Below, in pieces: positions 9,694-18,398 of a stretch of DNA of 64,000 nucleotides. This stretch comes from a virus. How positions within the stretch are numbered: the first letter of the stretch is position 1; the number at the start of each line of letters is the position of its first letter. The DNA is taken from positions 488 to 64,487 of IMG/VR virus record IMGVR_UViG_3300033073_001071. One strand, 5' to 3'. The position numbers and the translations under genes are program-made. The notes under the pieces are model-generated. The model saw nothing but the letters and a program-made list of their open reading frames with translations, had not been told where the DNA came from and did not search any database.

Positions 9694-10548
9694 TTAAATG
9701 TATCTAAAACACGCTCGGTGTAATAGTCTATGTTCCATGTCCTCAAATGCCCATCGCTTGTGTATACCTAACCATTGGTCGGAAATAACAATGTCCCCAT
9801 CGTCCCAATAGTGATGATACATATATTTTTCTTGAAGAATTCTATCTCTGATCTTAATAAGAAATTCTTTGCTTTCTTCCAGAGACATACCAACAATATG
9901 GTGAATTTGTAAAAAAGGAAAGTATAAGCCAGTCTGACCACTTTCACTGTGAGTGTGAACAATGTTTGGGGTAAAAAATTCGTTTATTTCAACATCTTTG
10001 TTACTGAATTTTTCTGGACTATATGAACCACGCATGTATCCTAGAACACATTTGATAGTTTTCAAATATTCTTTTTCTTCTTCTGAAAAATCATTATAAC
10101 TTAGAATATTATTAATCCAACTTGTTTTTGATCCTTTCGTTCCTCTAACACCATATAACCAAACTATAGGATGTCTTTCGGGATTTGCAGGATGATTTAC
10201 ATGCCAATCCAAATCTACTTTGTGACCAAATACTCCTGGTTCGCCGTGATCATCTAATTCACCTGTTACTCTAACTAAGTAATCATTTGAATCAGGAACC
10301 ATTAATCGTCGTACTCTTCTTTCGATTTTTTGTTCTTCAGTCCATTTTTTAGGAATCTGTTCAGGATCTTTAAACATTTCAATAATCCGCACTTCATCGG
10401 CTATTGATAAATTTTGTTGTTTGGCAACAACTACAGTTTGTTTTGCAATCAAGTCTGATATTTGTTTTATGTCATCTCGACTAGCTGTTTTAAAATCAAA
10501 GTCGTCTAATATAACAGTCCAGCCATTTTCATGTAAGTGATAATTCAT
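9694..10548 (-). CDS. TauD/TfdA family 2OG-Fe(II) dioxygenase-like protein
   Basis: DWHVN (HxD variant) and HYWDDGDIVISDQWLGIHKR..RLLHR. Confidence 0.8.
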   Translation of the reverse strand: MNYHLHENGWTVILDDFDFKTASRDDIKQISDLIAKQTVVVAKQQNLSIADEVRIIEMFKDPEQIPKKWTEEQKIERRVRRLMVPDSNDYLVRVTGELDDHGEPGVFGHKVDLDWHVNHPANPERHPIVWLYGVRGTKGSKTSWINNILSYNDFSEEEKEYLKTIKCVLGYMRGSYSPEKFSNKDVEINEFFTPNIVHTHSESGQTGLYFPFLQIHHIVGMSLEESKEFLIKIRDRILQEKYMYHHYWDDGDIVISDQWLGIHKRWAFEDMEHRLLHRACFRYI

Positions 10549-10554
10549 AATATT

Positions 10555-11097
10555 TTACGCCCACCATTCTTCCCAAGGAAAAACAATCCACTCGGGAGTT
10601 TCTTCTTTATTAATTTCTTTGCCTGCAAAGTCCATTTTCACACGGCACTTGCTGGCTAAGTTGTCAATTGTAACAGCAAACTTTACATTGTGATTCCAAA
10701 TTTCATCCCATGCAGGATCTTTAGGCAAACAACCTGCTTCCCAATCTTGCATAATCCAGTTAAAAGTTTCGCCTGAATCGTTAATGTCATCAACTAACAA
10801 AATATTCTTTCGCAGAGTCGGATTACTTGCGCCTCTCATGCCGTCAACGCTGTGATAGCCAAATGCATGTTCGGCCATCCACAAGTTGCTTTCGGGTCCC
10901 ATCTCACTGTCACGCAGTTGAACGCTGAGAGTCTGCATAGGTACATCTAGATAATGACTTAACAGCAGTGCAGGATAAAGACCACCACGGGTAATTCCTA
11001 CAATATAGTCAGGACGCCATGCGCTGGTAGCAATTTTACGGCCCAATTGACTGACTAGGCCTTTGTATTCGCGATTGTTAATATAAGTTTTATTCAT
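10555..11097 (-). CDS. purine phosphoribosyltransferase (Gpt-like)
   Basis: IVGITRGGL, LLVDDINDSGET PRPP-binding loop and WIVFPWE. Confidence 0.88.
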   Translation of the reverse strand: MNKTYINNREYKGLVSQLGRKIATSAWRPDYIVGITRGGLYPALLLSHYLDVPMQTLSVQLRDSEMGPESNLWMAEHAFGYHSVDGMRGASNPTLRKNILLVDDINDSGETFNWIMQDWEAGCLPKDPAWDEIWNHNVKFAVTIDNLASKCRVKMDFAGKEINKEETPEWIVFPWEEWWA

Positions 11098-11549
11098 TGT
11101 TGTGCTCGTTGTGCAAGATATTTTTCGTGTTGGATCCAACCTTTACGAGTAGTAAAGCCCCAATCACGCTGTTGCGGTCCTGGCATAAACAGTGTCCAAC
11201 ATTCAACGCCGGGATCTAGTTCAATTCTATGTAGGCTGTTAGACTTGCACAAACGAAAGTGGCCAGGGGCACGCCATTTTGCAATTTCTGCAATCTTGTT
11301 ACCTGCGGCATCATATTCAGGAACCCATTCCCAATATCCGCCTTTGAGAATCACAGTAAAGTAAGGCCAGGGATGATCATGTAAATCATCAGGATCACTT
11401 TTTAGAAACTTGTGTAGAAAAACATTAAAGGGAAAATGCTTGCGATCTTTGAGAAAAAGATAATACCGTTCCAAATAAGGTTCGTTGTTAACCCTATCCA
11501 TAACAATACGCCGCCGGCCTAATCGTTCCAAAAGTTTGAGAACCATCAT
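11094..11549 (-). CDS. cupin-fold phage protein
   Basis: LHDHPWPYFTVILKGGYWE...HRIEL...WTLF. Confidence 0.7.
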   Translation of the reverse strand: MMVLKLLERLGRRRIVMDRVNNEPYLERYYLFLKDRKHFPFNVFLHKFLKSDPDDLHDHPWPYFTVILKGGYWEWVPEYDAAGNKIAEIAKWRAPGHFRLCKSNSLHRIELDPGVECWTLFMPGPQQRDWGFTTRKGWIQHEKYLAQRAQQ

Positions 11550-11564
11550 TGCTCCTAAAGTTTG

Positions 11565-11593
11565 ATTATACTGGGATAGGGTTTAACTGTCAA
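11565..11593 (-). promoter_or_regulatory. sigma70-type promoter
   Basis: Perfect TTGACA-17 nt-TATAAT upstream of an AGGAG SD and the 11549 start. Confidence 0.85.
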
Positions 11594-11892
11594 TGCCGTA
11601 ACAGCTCTAAGCTGACAATTTGGCCAACTCGTTCAGCAATATCTTCGCCATCAGGAATGATATGAGTGTTGTAAACATTTCTATCAGTTTTTGGATTGAA
11701 TGTTTTTGTTTGAACAATTACACCACCATGTGCTGACATCACTTTGAATTGAATGCCGTCCACTTCGACTTTGTTATCTGAGTCCAAGGCCACAGGTTCG
11801 GGCCGACTCGCGCCAATTGTAGCAGCATATTTGGGGCTATTGTCCCACATATCGCGAACCTTGCCATATAACCATTTATCGAACCATTTCAT
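11590..11892 (-). CDS. hypothetical protein
   Basis: 100 aa ORF. Confidence 0.65.
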   Translation of the reverse strand: MKWFDKWLYGKVRDMWDNSPKYAATIGASRPEPVALDSDNKVEVDGIQFKVMSAHGGVIVQTKTFNPKTDRNVYNTHIIPDGEDIAERVGQIVSLELLRH

Positions 11893-12098
11893 GAGTGCTC
11901 TCCCAAGTACTGCATGGCCTTGTCTGTAGCTTCTTGCAATGTCAATGCATGAATCTTCATTGTGATTTTTTCACCATCAATAAAGGTATCATAGGGCACA
12001 GCACCACGAAACTCAAAAGTTTCGGGCAAGTCTGTGGTAACTGTAAACTCCTGCAAGTTTTTAATTCTGTCAATAATTTCAGTTAGTTGTTGTATCAT
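11889..12098 (-). CDS. hypothetical protein
   Basis: 69 aa ORF with coupled overlaps. Confidence 0.6.
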   Translation of the reverse strand: MIQQLTEIIDRIKNLQEFTVTTDLPETFEFRGAVPYDTFIDGEKITMKIHALTLQEATDKAMQYLGEHS

Positions 12099-12838
12099 CG
12101 CGGTGCAAACTCCTGTTGTAGTTTAATATTGTCCATGAATTCTTTTTTAGTGCCATGATCGTTTTTAAATGCGCCTTTCAAGACCGTAGTCTGTGTTAGA
12201 CTACTATGTGCCATAATGCCACGGTTTTCACAACAACCATGAGTTGCTTGAATATATACACCTAAGTCTTTTGCGCCTGTTGCTTTGGCGATCTCTCTAG
12301 CAATGTCATTGGCCAGTTCTTCTTGTAGTGTACCACGACGGGCGCACCATTGTGCGATTCTTGTGTACTTCGATAATCCAATAAGTTTCTCAGCTGCAAT
12401 AATGCCAATATAAGCAACGCCAGTAACTGGTTGGTGATGATGGCTACACATACTGCGAAGCTCACTGCGAACAACCAACATGCCTTCGTATCTATCCTCG
12501 CTATCGTTAGGAAACGCTGTGGCATCCGGTGCAGGCTCGTAGCGCCCTACCATGATTTCATTAAAATACATTTTAGCTAGTCGGCGTGCTGTACCTTTAC
12601 TATTTGGGTCGTTTTCGCGATCAATCAACAATCGATCCAGCACCATTTCAAAAGCTTCAGTGGCTTCGTTAATCAAATGCTCTTTGTCTGTGTCATGTAA
12701 GTAATCACTTACATTGTCGCCAGCCCAAAATCTCTTGCCGTCCCGTTTCATGCGAGCGCGAATAGCGTCTGACAGATATGATTCTTTGTATCCGCCATCG
12801 CCTGCCATAGCGTCTAATGCTGTTTGTTTATGTGTCAT
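12095..12838 (-). CDS. folE: GTP cyclohydrolase I
   Basis: SMCSHHHQP, IGLSKYTRI, LQEEL and ATHGCCENRG. Confidence 0.95.
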   Translation of the reverse strand: MTHKQTALDAMAGDGGYKESYLSDAIRARMKRDGKRFWAGDNVSDYLHDTDKEHLINEATEAFEMVLDRLLIDRENDPNSKGTARRLAKMYFNEIMVGRYEPAPDATAFPNDSEDRYEGMLVVRSELRSMCSHHHQPVTGVAYIGIIAAEKLIGLSKYTRIAQWCARRGTLQEELANDIAREIAKATGAKDLGVYIQATHGCCENRGIMAHSSLTQTTVLKGAFKNDHGTKKEFMDNIKLQQEFAPR

Positions 12839-12854
12839 GTATTCTCCTACCTAA

Positions 12855-12883
12855 ATTATAAGATTATTTAGGTCTTGTGTCAA
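12855..12883 (-). promoter_or_regulatory. sigma70 promoter with a nested late-type TAAATA (folE)
   Basis: TTGACA-17 nt-TATAAT; CTAAATA lies in the spacer (12865-12871). Confidence 0.8.
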
Positions 12884-13491
12884 TTGACAATGGTAATTTT
12901 TCTTAAGTCTGGATAAGCTACAAACTTTGGTTCAGTGCTAGTATAAGTTGATAACATATCTGTACCTCGTTCGGCTTCTTCTATTGTTGGTCTATAATGA
13001 TATCCAACTGTAAAAGTCTGTTGTTGTTCCCAGGGGGTTATAGACAAATCACGGCCATCGTAACGCATTTGTCTAAGTTTGTCATAGTCCTCGACATCAT
13101 CTAATAAGATAGCTCCACCACGACCTATACTTAAAGGTTTATTATGACCGAAACTCAAACACTGAAACCTTCCTGACTTGTACATGTTTTGTTCTAGTCG
13201 TCTTGCAGAATCAGTAATTCTTGTGCCGTAAAAGTGATACTCGCCTTGCCAAGTTTGATATGGTTCTCCGATATATTGATATTCAATACCTAACTTGTGC
13301 ATGGTCATAGGTATACTGATATAGGTATATGGTGTAAACCTACACTGTTTAATTTTGTCGTAACGGAGACATAGTTCAATTGCATGCGTACAACAGTCAG
13401 TCATTACAGCATATGGCGCACCTGTGAATTCGGCTAACTGTTGTTCGAACTCGGCGATTTTATCGAATGTTGTCAAGTAGTTTACCCGCAC
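12880..13491 (-). CDS. short DegT/DnrJ/EryC1/StrS-like PLP aminotransferase
   Basis: FEQQLAEFTGAPYAV..CTHAI, DSA, SFGHNKPL (PLP Lys) and GRGGAIL; true start may be TTG at 13476. Confidence 0.8.
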   Translation of the reverse strand: MRVNYLTTFDKIAEFEQQLAEFTGAPYAVMTDCCTHAIELCLRYDKIKQCRFTPYTYISIPMTMHKLGIEYQYIGEPYQTWQGEYHFYGTRITDSARRLEQNMYKSGRFQCLSFGHNKPLSIGRGGAILLDDVEDYDKLRQMRYDGRDLSITPWEQQQTFTVGYHYRPTIEEAERGTDMLSTYTSTEPKFVAYPDLRKITIVN

Positions 13492-14560
13492 TGAAAAAGT
13501 TATTAGTTAAGTCTTTTGTAAGTTTAGCTACTTTGGGCAGTAACAGTTCGTAGTTGGTCATAGTCTGTGCAATAAAATCAATTAGTTTTAATTTATTAGC
13601 AGTGTATGAACTATAACTTTCAGTCCAAGCACTGGGATATTTGAATTCTTCGTCATACATTTCTGTATAACTTAATCGATCTGGAACCAAGGGTACAGCA
13701 TCCACAATAGCTCCTTCATAGCAACCAATGCCCAGCGTTTCTTGTAAGCTGCAACTGAACACAATTTTTGCCTGTCCAAGAATATTATGATATTCTGTTT
13801 TGGTCAGTGTTTGGTCTTGACATACAATAAATTCATATTGTGGCATACTTGCAGCTAAATCTCTAAAAATATCCACTTGCTTTTCGGGTGCGATGCGATG
13901 TGGAAACACAATAAGATCACGCTTGTTCATACCGGTGAATGGAGATAGTGTATTTGTCATATACTCCATAGGCCAGCCGCTGCGTACAACATTTGGCCAG
14001 CGACCACTTACTGCATCTTTAAGATCTTCATCTAACCATGGGTTTTCATTCATGCCGTCATTGAGTAAATTACGCACAAACATCTCAATATGAAAGTCTG
14101 TGGCAAAATAGTTGTAGTCGATGGCATGAAAGAAACTCTTTTCGGCGTGTCTGACCCACGGAGTATTGCCAATTAACCGACCTAAAAAGTCTTGTGGATC
14201 ATAACTACCAGCATGCCACAGTGCGTGAATCTTAACAGGAATAGCCAAGAGTTCACTCATGTATTTTAAGTTTATGATGCCAGGATGCCAAGCATCAGTA
14301 AAAATAAAATGATCGCCAGGCCTAACTGCTCCGGAGCAAAATAAACGACCCATGCCTTCGACTTGGCTAGACTTATAGATATTAGTGCCACCAAAGTTAA
14401 GAAAAGCACCTGGAGTGGTTGCACTAGGAATATCTTCAGGGCCACTAAGAATTTGAACATGATGACCTGCCTTTCTCAACAGTTCGGGTACATGAGTTTT
14501 CCACTGCGCGGTATAGCGAGTTTCAACTGGTTCTAAGTCAACTAAAAATACATTAGCCAT
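13460..14560 (-). CDS. GT-B glycosyltransferase, GTDC1/QTMAN (DUF3524)-like
   Basis: FPHRIAPEK, YHNILGQAKIVFSCSLQETLGIGCYEG and PDRLSYTEM; GT4-type ExxGxxxxE motif. Confidence 0.75.
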   Translation of the reverse strand: MANVFLVDLEPVETRYTAQWKTHVPELLRKAGHHVQILSGPEDIPSATTPGAFLNFGGTNIYKSSQVEGMGRLFCSGAVRPGDHFIFTDAWHPGIINLKYMSELLAIPVKIHALWHAGSYDPQDFLGRLIGNTPWVRHAEKSFFHAIDYNYFATDFHIEMFVRNLLNDGMNENPWLDEDLKDAVSGRWPNVVRSGWPMEYMTNTLSPFTGMNKRDLIVFPHRIAPEKQVDIFRDLAASMPQYEFIVCQDQTLTKTEYHNILGQAKIVFSCSLQETLGIGCYEGAIVDAVPLVPDRLSYTEMYDEEFKYPSAWTESYSSYTANKLKLIDFIAQTMTNYELLLPKVAKLTKDLTNNFFSAGKLLDNIR

Positions 14561-14748
14561 TAGTGTTTTTCGCTGCGTTTACGGTCACGATCAAATCTAC
14601 GATACTGATCACTGCGATAGAGATCACGCTCATTGAATTTTAGTCCATTGAATCTACAATAGTCACGATAAGCATCAAGATCATCAAAGATCTGATTCAT
14701 TTCAGGAGTCATGCGTAGATATTTTTCAATGTATTTAGGCTGTGCCAT
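14560..14748 (-). CDS. conserved small phage protein
   Basis: 62 aa (IFDDLDAYRDYCRF); SD GAGG. Confidence 0.65.
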   Translation of the reverse strand: MAQPKYIEKYLRMTPEMNQIFDDLDAYRDYCRFNGLKFNERDLYRSDQYRRFDRDRKRSEKH

Positions 14749-14759
14749 TTTTGTCCTCT

Positions 14760-15242
14760 TTAAATTTTAATTGTTAAGTTAGGGTATTGAGTTTCGTATT
14801 TGATCAGTGCGCCATTTTCGCCATCTTCGGCTACTTCAATCCACACTGCACGATCAGGATAGCGAGATGAAATTTGATCATACAAATCATCAGCAATCAT
14901 TTCGCAACTTTTATAATCCAAGCTTAAAACTGAGCTCTTATTATTGTTATCGGCGGAATTTCCCTTGGCATACAGGTTCTCCAACCACCTTTTGAATTGG
15001 ATGAACTCGATGTCTCGGTCGTTGTGCCACACATCGATCCACACCCTAAAATGGAAAATGTGACGATGAGGTACACCAAGAAACGAAACATCATATTCAT
15101 CACCAGTTGCTAGTGCAGGATCTGTTGCGGCTGCTGGGTATTTATGTATACCTTCTTTGCGAAAGGTAACCCAAATCTTACGCTCAGCGCGATCCTTAAT
15201 TCGTTGTCGTTGTTCTTGTCTTGCTTGTTCTACTTGTTGCAT
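14760..15242 (-). CDS. QueD-paralog T-fold protein, DpdL-like (putative CDG decarboxylase)
   Basis: LGVPHRHIF matches the LxxxHRHxF signature as I recall it for DpdL; SCEMIA and EVAED T-fold motifs; que context. Confidence 0.65.
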   Translation of the reverse strand: MQQVEQARQEQRQRIKDRAERKIWVTFRKEGIHKYPAAATDPALATGDEYDVSFLGVPHRHIFHFRVWIDVWHNDRDIEFIQFKRWLENLYAKGNSADNNNKSSVLSLDYKSCEMIADDLYDQISSRYPDRAVWIEVAEDGENGALIKYETQYPNLTIKI

Positions 15243-15772
15243 TATTTGTCCTTGTCAGCGGGATTTACAGTTTCATCACCTACATAGTCTTTCCAGTCAG
15301 TATAGGTACTGCGAGTCAGCAGTTCGTTTAAAGGATGACACCAAACCCCAGTGTTGGTATCGCCCCATGTGTTGTCGTCAATTTTTAGTGTAGCATGATA
15401 GTTGTAAAGCCTAATATTAGGCAGTTTAACACTGATCATAGGAATAAATGTTTTGTAATCACACCAGGATTGTTCATGTAGATCTTTGGCATATTCTACA
15501 CCAAAGTCCAGTGTAACCCAAAAGTCTCTAATCAGCAAGGGTTTGATCATGTCATCCCATGCTGCCCAGTCATAGGGACTCTGCGGATGGAAACTTTGAC
15601 TGGTACCAAAGTACAAATGCCTAACATCATTTTCTAATGCCAGTTCTACAATTTCTTTAACTGGTTTAATACCTACCACAAAAAGTGTTCGTTCACCTTT
15701 CATGACAGTGTTTTCTACTTCAGTGCCAACAAAATAATCTACTTGTTGGCGACCATCTGTGTCAATTGCCAT
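15242..15772 (-). CDS. conserved hypothetical protein in the deazaguanine cluster
   Basis: FVGTEVE..TLFVVG, HLYFG and KIDD..TNTGVWCH; start taken at MAIDTDG. Confidence 0.7.
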   Translation of the reverse strand: MAIDTDGRQQVDYFVGTEVENTVMKGERTLFVVGIKPVKEIVELALENDVRHLYFGTSQSFHPQSPYDWAAWDDMIKPLLIRDFWVTLDFGVEYAKDLHEQSWCDYKTFIPMISVKLPNIRLYNYHATLKIDDNTWGDTNTGVWCHPLNELLTRSTYTDWKDYVGDETVNPADKDK

Positions 15773-16694
15773 TATTTTCCCAATAAATGTAGCCCCTGCT
15801 GTAGTGCTGGGGACGGTTATATGAATCACCAAAGGCCGATTGCCATTCAGTGTTTCTATTATAGCCCATAGTCCAAAAACTGTCAACTTCAAGTTGGCCA
15901 GACTTAATCCATTCTACTGCTGTTTCCATGCAGGTATGGAATATGGCTTTTCGAGGACTTGGCCTTACAGTAGTAATGCTGCGCCACAAAAAGTTTTCAC
16001 TTTCTCGTTTGCTGATAGATCTGCTAACAGCATCAATTAAACAGCCGTTGTTAGCAATAATGTCTGCTTGTTCTAACCATGCGTGACTGTCTTTAAGATT
16101 GATAACAATATCATATTCTTTATCTGGCTGGTGTTTAAGCTCTACACCCGCTATTTGCCACATGTGGCGATTACTGCTGCCAATAACATCTACTGGCACA
16201 TTGATATTAAGATTTTTCAAAGTTTTGTAAGCAACATAAGCTAAAAATCCTGAGCCAATTAACAGAATCTTTGCATTGGCATTGGCGTAAACTCTGCTGT
16301 CAATTTCAACAAGGTCACCCAATACTACATTAACACCGCAGGCCACGGGTTCAATAATATATTTAGGTGCAGCTTCGGGCACTACTACAAATTCACCTTC
16401 ACGCACTGGATACTGATCAGCATAGGCAGGTTCGCCTCTTGTGGCCACATAGTCCCCTACCTTTACTGCTGTTTTAACATTTGCACCCACTGCAATTACT
16501 TGACCAAGTCCTTCATGGCCTTGCATGTGTAGGGGCAATGGGCCAAACTCACCCTGCATCATTGCAACATCACTTGTACAGACACCAGTCATTACTGCTC
16601 TAACAATGATACCGTCATCAAATTGGTCAGGGCAGTCGTATTCTGTTTCAGCAAAGCAGCCTTTACCAGTTGTGTGTAAAATTCTTACTTTCAT
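15762..16694 (-). CDS. Zn-dependent alcohol/sugar dehydrogenase (MDR family)
   Basis: GVCTSD, GHEGLG, EPVAC and LIGSG Rossmann motif. Confidence 0.85.
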   Translation of the reverse strand: MKVRILHTTGKGCFAETEYDCPDQFDDGIIVRAVMTGVCTSDVAMMQGEFGPLPLHMQGHEGLGQVIAVGANVKTAVKVGDYVATRGEPAYADQYPVREGEFVVVPEAAPKYIIEPVACGVNVVLGDLVEIDSRVYANANAKILLIGSGFLAYVAYKTLKNLNINVPVDVIGSSNRHMWQIAGVELKHQPDKEYDIVINLKDSHAWLEQADIIANNGCLIDAVSRSISKRESENFLWRSITTVRPSPRKAIFHTCMETAVEWIKSGQLEVDSFWTMGYNRNTEWQSAFGDSYNRPQHYSRGYIYWENNGN

Positions 16695-17575
16695 AGTCGT
16701 TCAATTTGTTCGTGAATCCAAATATCTTGTGCCAACTGTTGATTCCAGTAGTCATTGTTATTTAGGTTTTCGACTGCTTGTTTGATCATTTGCTGATAAG
16801 CACTTTCAGGACAGAGACCTAATTCATATCGAACAGCACTGCTGGGCAAGTCAAAACTAATGCTGATATCTGATTCTTTTAGCGAACGCCAGTTAGCTGA
16901 CAAAATATATTTGCAGTTGTTATTTTTATATTCTAATTCACAAAAGTCATCAACATCGTATGTGCCTGTTGGATCTACCGTGCCATATTCTGTGCTGTCA
17001 ATATTGGATAATTCCCAACGCTGTTCTGCCAGTGCAAACAGTTTTGTGCCAGCTTTGTAATCTGTTAAAGCACAGTAATAGCTTAACATGTGAGGAATAA
17101 GATCTCTGCTGACTCCGCCAAATGACAGTTGTTTAGTGGTAAACCAACTGCCGGGTCTAGGAATACGATTATAGTTATTCCATGTTATTTTTACACGACT
17201 GCACTGTTTTGCAAGGCTTTTAAATTTTGTGATCTCGTCGCGATACTGATTGTTCTTAACCATCATAAATCTAGTATCGGGAAAATCTAAGACCATTTGC
17301 TTCCACAGTGTGTGATTTTCAACACCGGGCTTTTCAACAAATACTATTTTGGCGCCTAAGCCAGCAACATTTCTAGCAATACCTAAATGTGTAAAATTAG
17401 GAGTGCAGATATGCACAGTATCAAAGTTCTGATGATCGAAATAAGCCAGTGTGTAGTCACTGTAGTCGGCACCAGCATGTGGATTACTGTCTACTGTTAC
17501 AACTTCATAGCCTAAATTTGTCAACACAGCCTTGTACAATTGGCCGATGCCCATACCTATTACGAGACTTTTCAT
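16691..17575 (-). CDS. Gfo/Idh/MocA family oxidoreductase
   Basis: VIGMGIG, ICTPNFTH, VEKP and GGVSRDLIPH. Confidence 0.88.
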   Translation of the reverse strand: MKSLVIGMGIGQLYKAVLTNLGYEVVTVDSNPHAGADYSDYTLAYFDHQNFDTVHICTPNFTHLGIARNVAGLGAKIVFVEKPGVENHTLWKQMVLDFPDTRFMMVKNNQYRDEITKFKSLAKQCSRVKITWNNYNRIPRPGSWFTTKQLSFGGVSRDLIPHMLSYYCALTDYKAGTKLFALAEQRWELSNIDSTEYGTVDPTGTYDVDDFCELEYKNNNCKYILSANWRSLKESDISISFDLPSSAVRYELGLCPESAYQQMIKQAVENLNNNDYWNQQLAQDIWIHEQIERL

Positions 17576-17898
17576 TCAGATTCTTTTGTTTTGAGAAAAC
17601 TAATAACTAGAACTACTAACAAACCAACATAGGGCAAAAATGTTGCCAATGTCCACCAAGTATCAATGCCAGCGTCCCTGCATCTTTTGATAACTGACAT
17701 TAAATTGCCCCATGCCATTAAAACAAAACCAATGGCCATTATGGTCAGCGTAACAGGACTGCCTTCGCCTGCCTTGCCAGCAAAGAACAATGAAATAACG
17801 AATATTACAAGAAACATAATTAATAGCTTTGCCTGCGTAAGCCAAAACTCTCTTGTAGTCATTGTACCCTGTGGGAGAAAAATGTCAAGTTGTTTCAT
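17572..17898 (-). CDS. DUF805 family membrane protein
   Basis: GTMTTREFW...IKRCRDAG..WW pattern, about 3 TM helices. Confidence 0.7.
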   Translation of the reverse strand: MKQLDIFLPQGTMTTREFWLTQAKLLIMFLVIFVISLFFAGKAGEGSPVTLTIMAIGFVLMAWGNLMSVIKRCRDAGIDTWWTLATFLPYVGLLVVLVISFLKTKESE

Positions 17899-18161
17899 TT
17901 GTCTAGTTTAGGTTCTAGTTTAGGTGGTTCTTCACGATCACGAACAGCCAATTGCCTTTGGTATTCAGCAAATTCTTCTTCAGTCATAAATCTTGCGCCC
18001 TGCCGTTCCATCCATCTTGGACTCCAATAACCAAAATTTACTGGTTTCCAATATTTGACAAAAATGTAATTTAAAAATACCAGTAGTATGCCAATTACTG
18101 CCATTGACAAGCAAACCAAAATTGAGCCAATGAAAAAGGTTGCATATCCTTCAAGTGCCAT
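17895..18161 (-). CDS. membrane protein
   Basis: N-terminal hydrophobic helix followed by KYWKPV. Confidence 0.6.
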   Translation of the reverse strand: MALEGYATFFIGSILVCLSMAVIGILLVFLNYIFVKYWKPVNFGYWSPRWMERQGARFMTEEEFAEYQRQLAVRDREEPPKLEPKLDK

Positions 18162-18188
18162 GTTATCTTTCTTTTTGTTATTATATGA

Positions 18189-18398
18189 TTAATGATCGTT
18201 AAAGTCAACAGACTCGTGATCATGTTCCCACTGTAGTTTTTCCAAACGCCTAATTTCGTCTTTGAACTGAAGCTTTTGCTTTTTCCATTCTACTACTTGG
18301 GCGTGTTCTGTACCGGGATGTTGCCGTTCATGATTGGTAATTTTTTCGTCCAAAACACGATGCATTTCTTTTAAATGTTTGATTCGATTTTCATACAT
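18189..18398 (-). CDS. DUF465/YdcH-like coiled-coil protein
   Basis: HRVLDEKI...KKQKLQFKDEI. Confidence 0.65.
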   Translation of the reverse strand: MYENRIKHLKEMHRVLDEKITNHERQHPGTEHAQVVEWKKQKLQFKDEIRRLEKLQWEHDHESVDFNDH

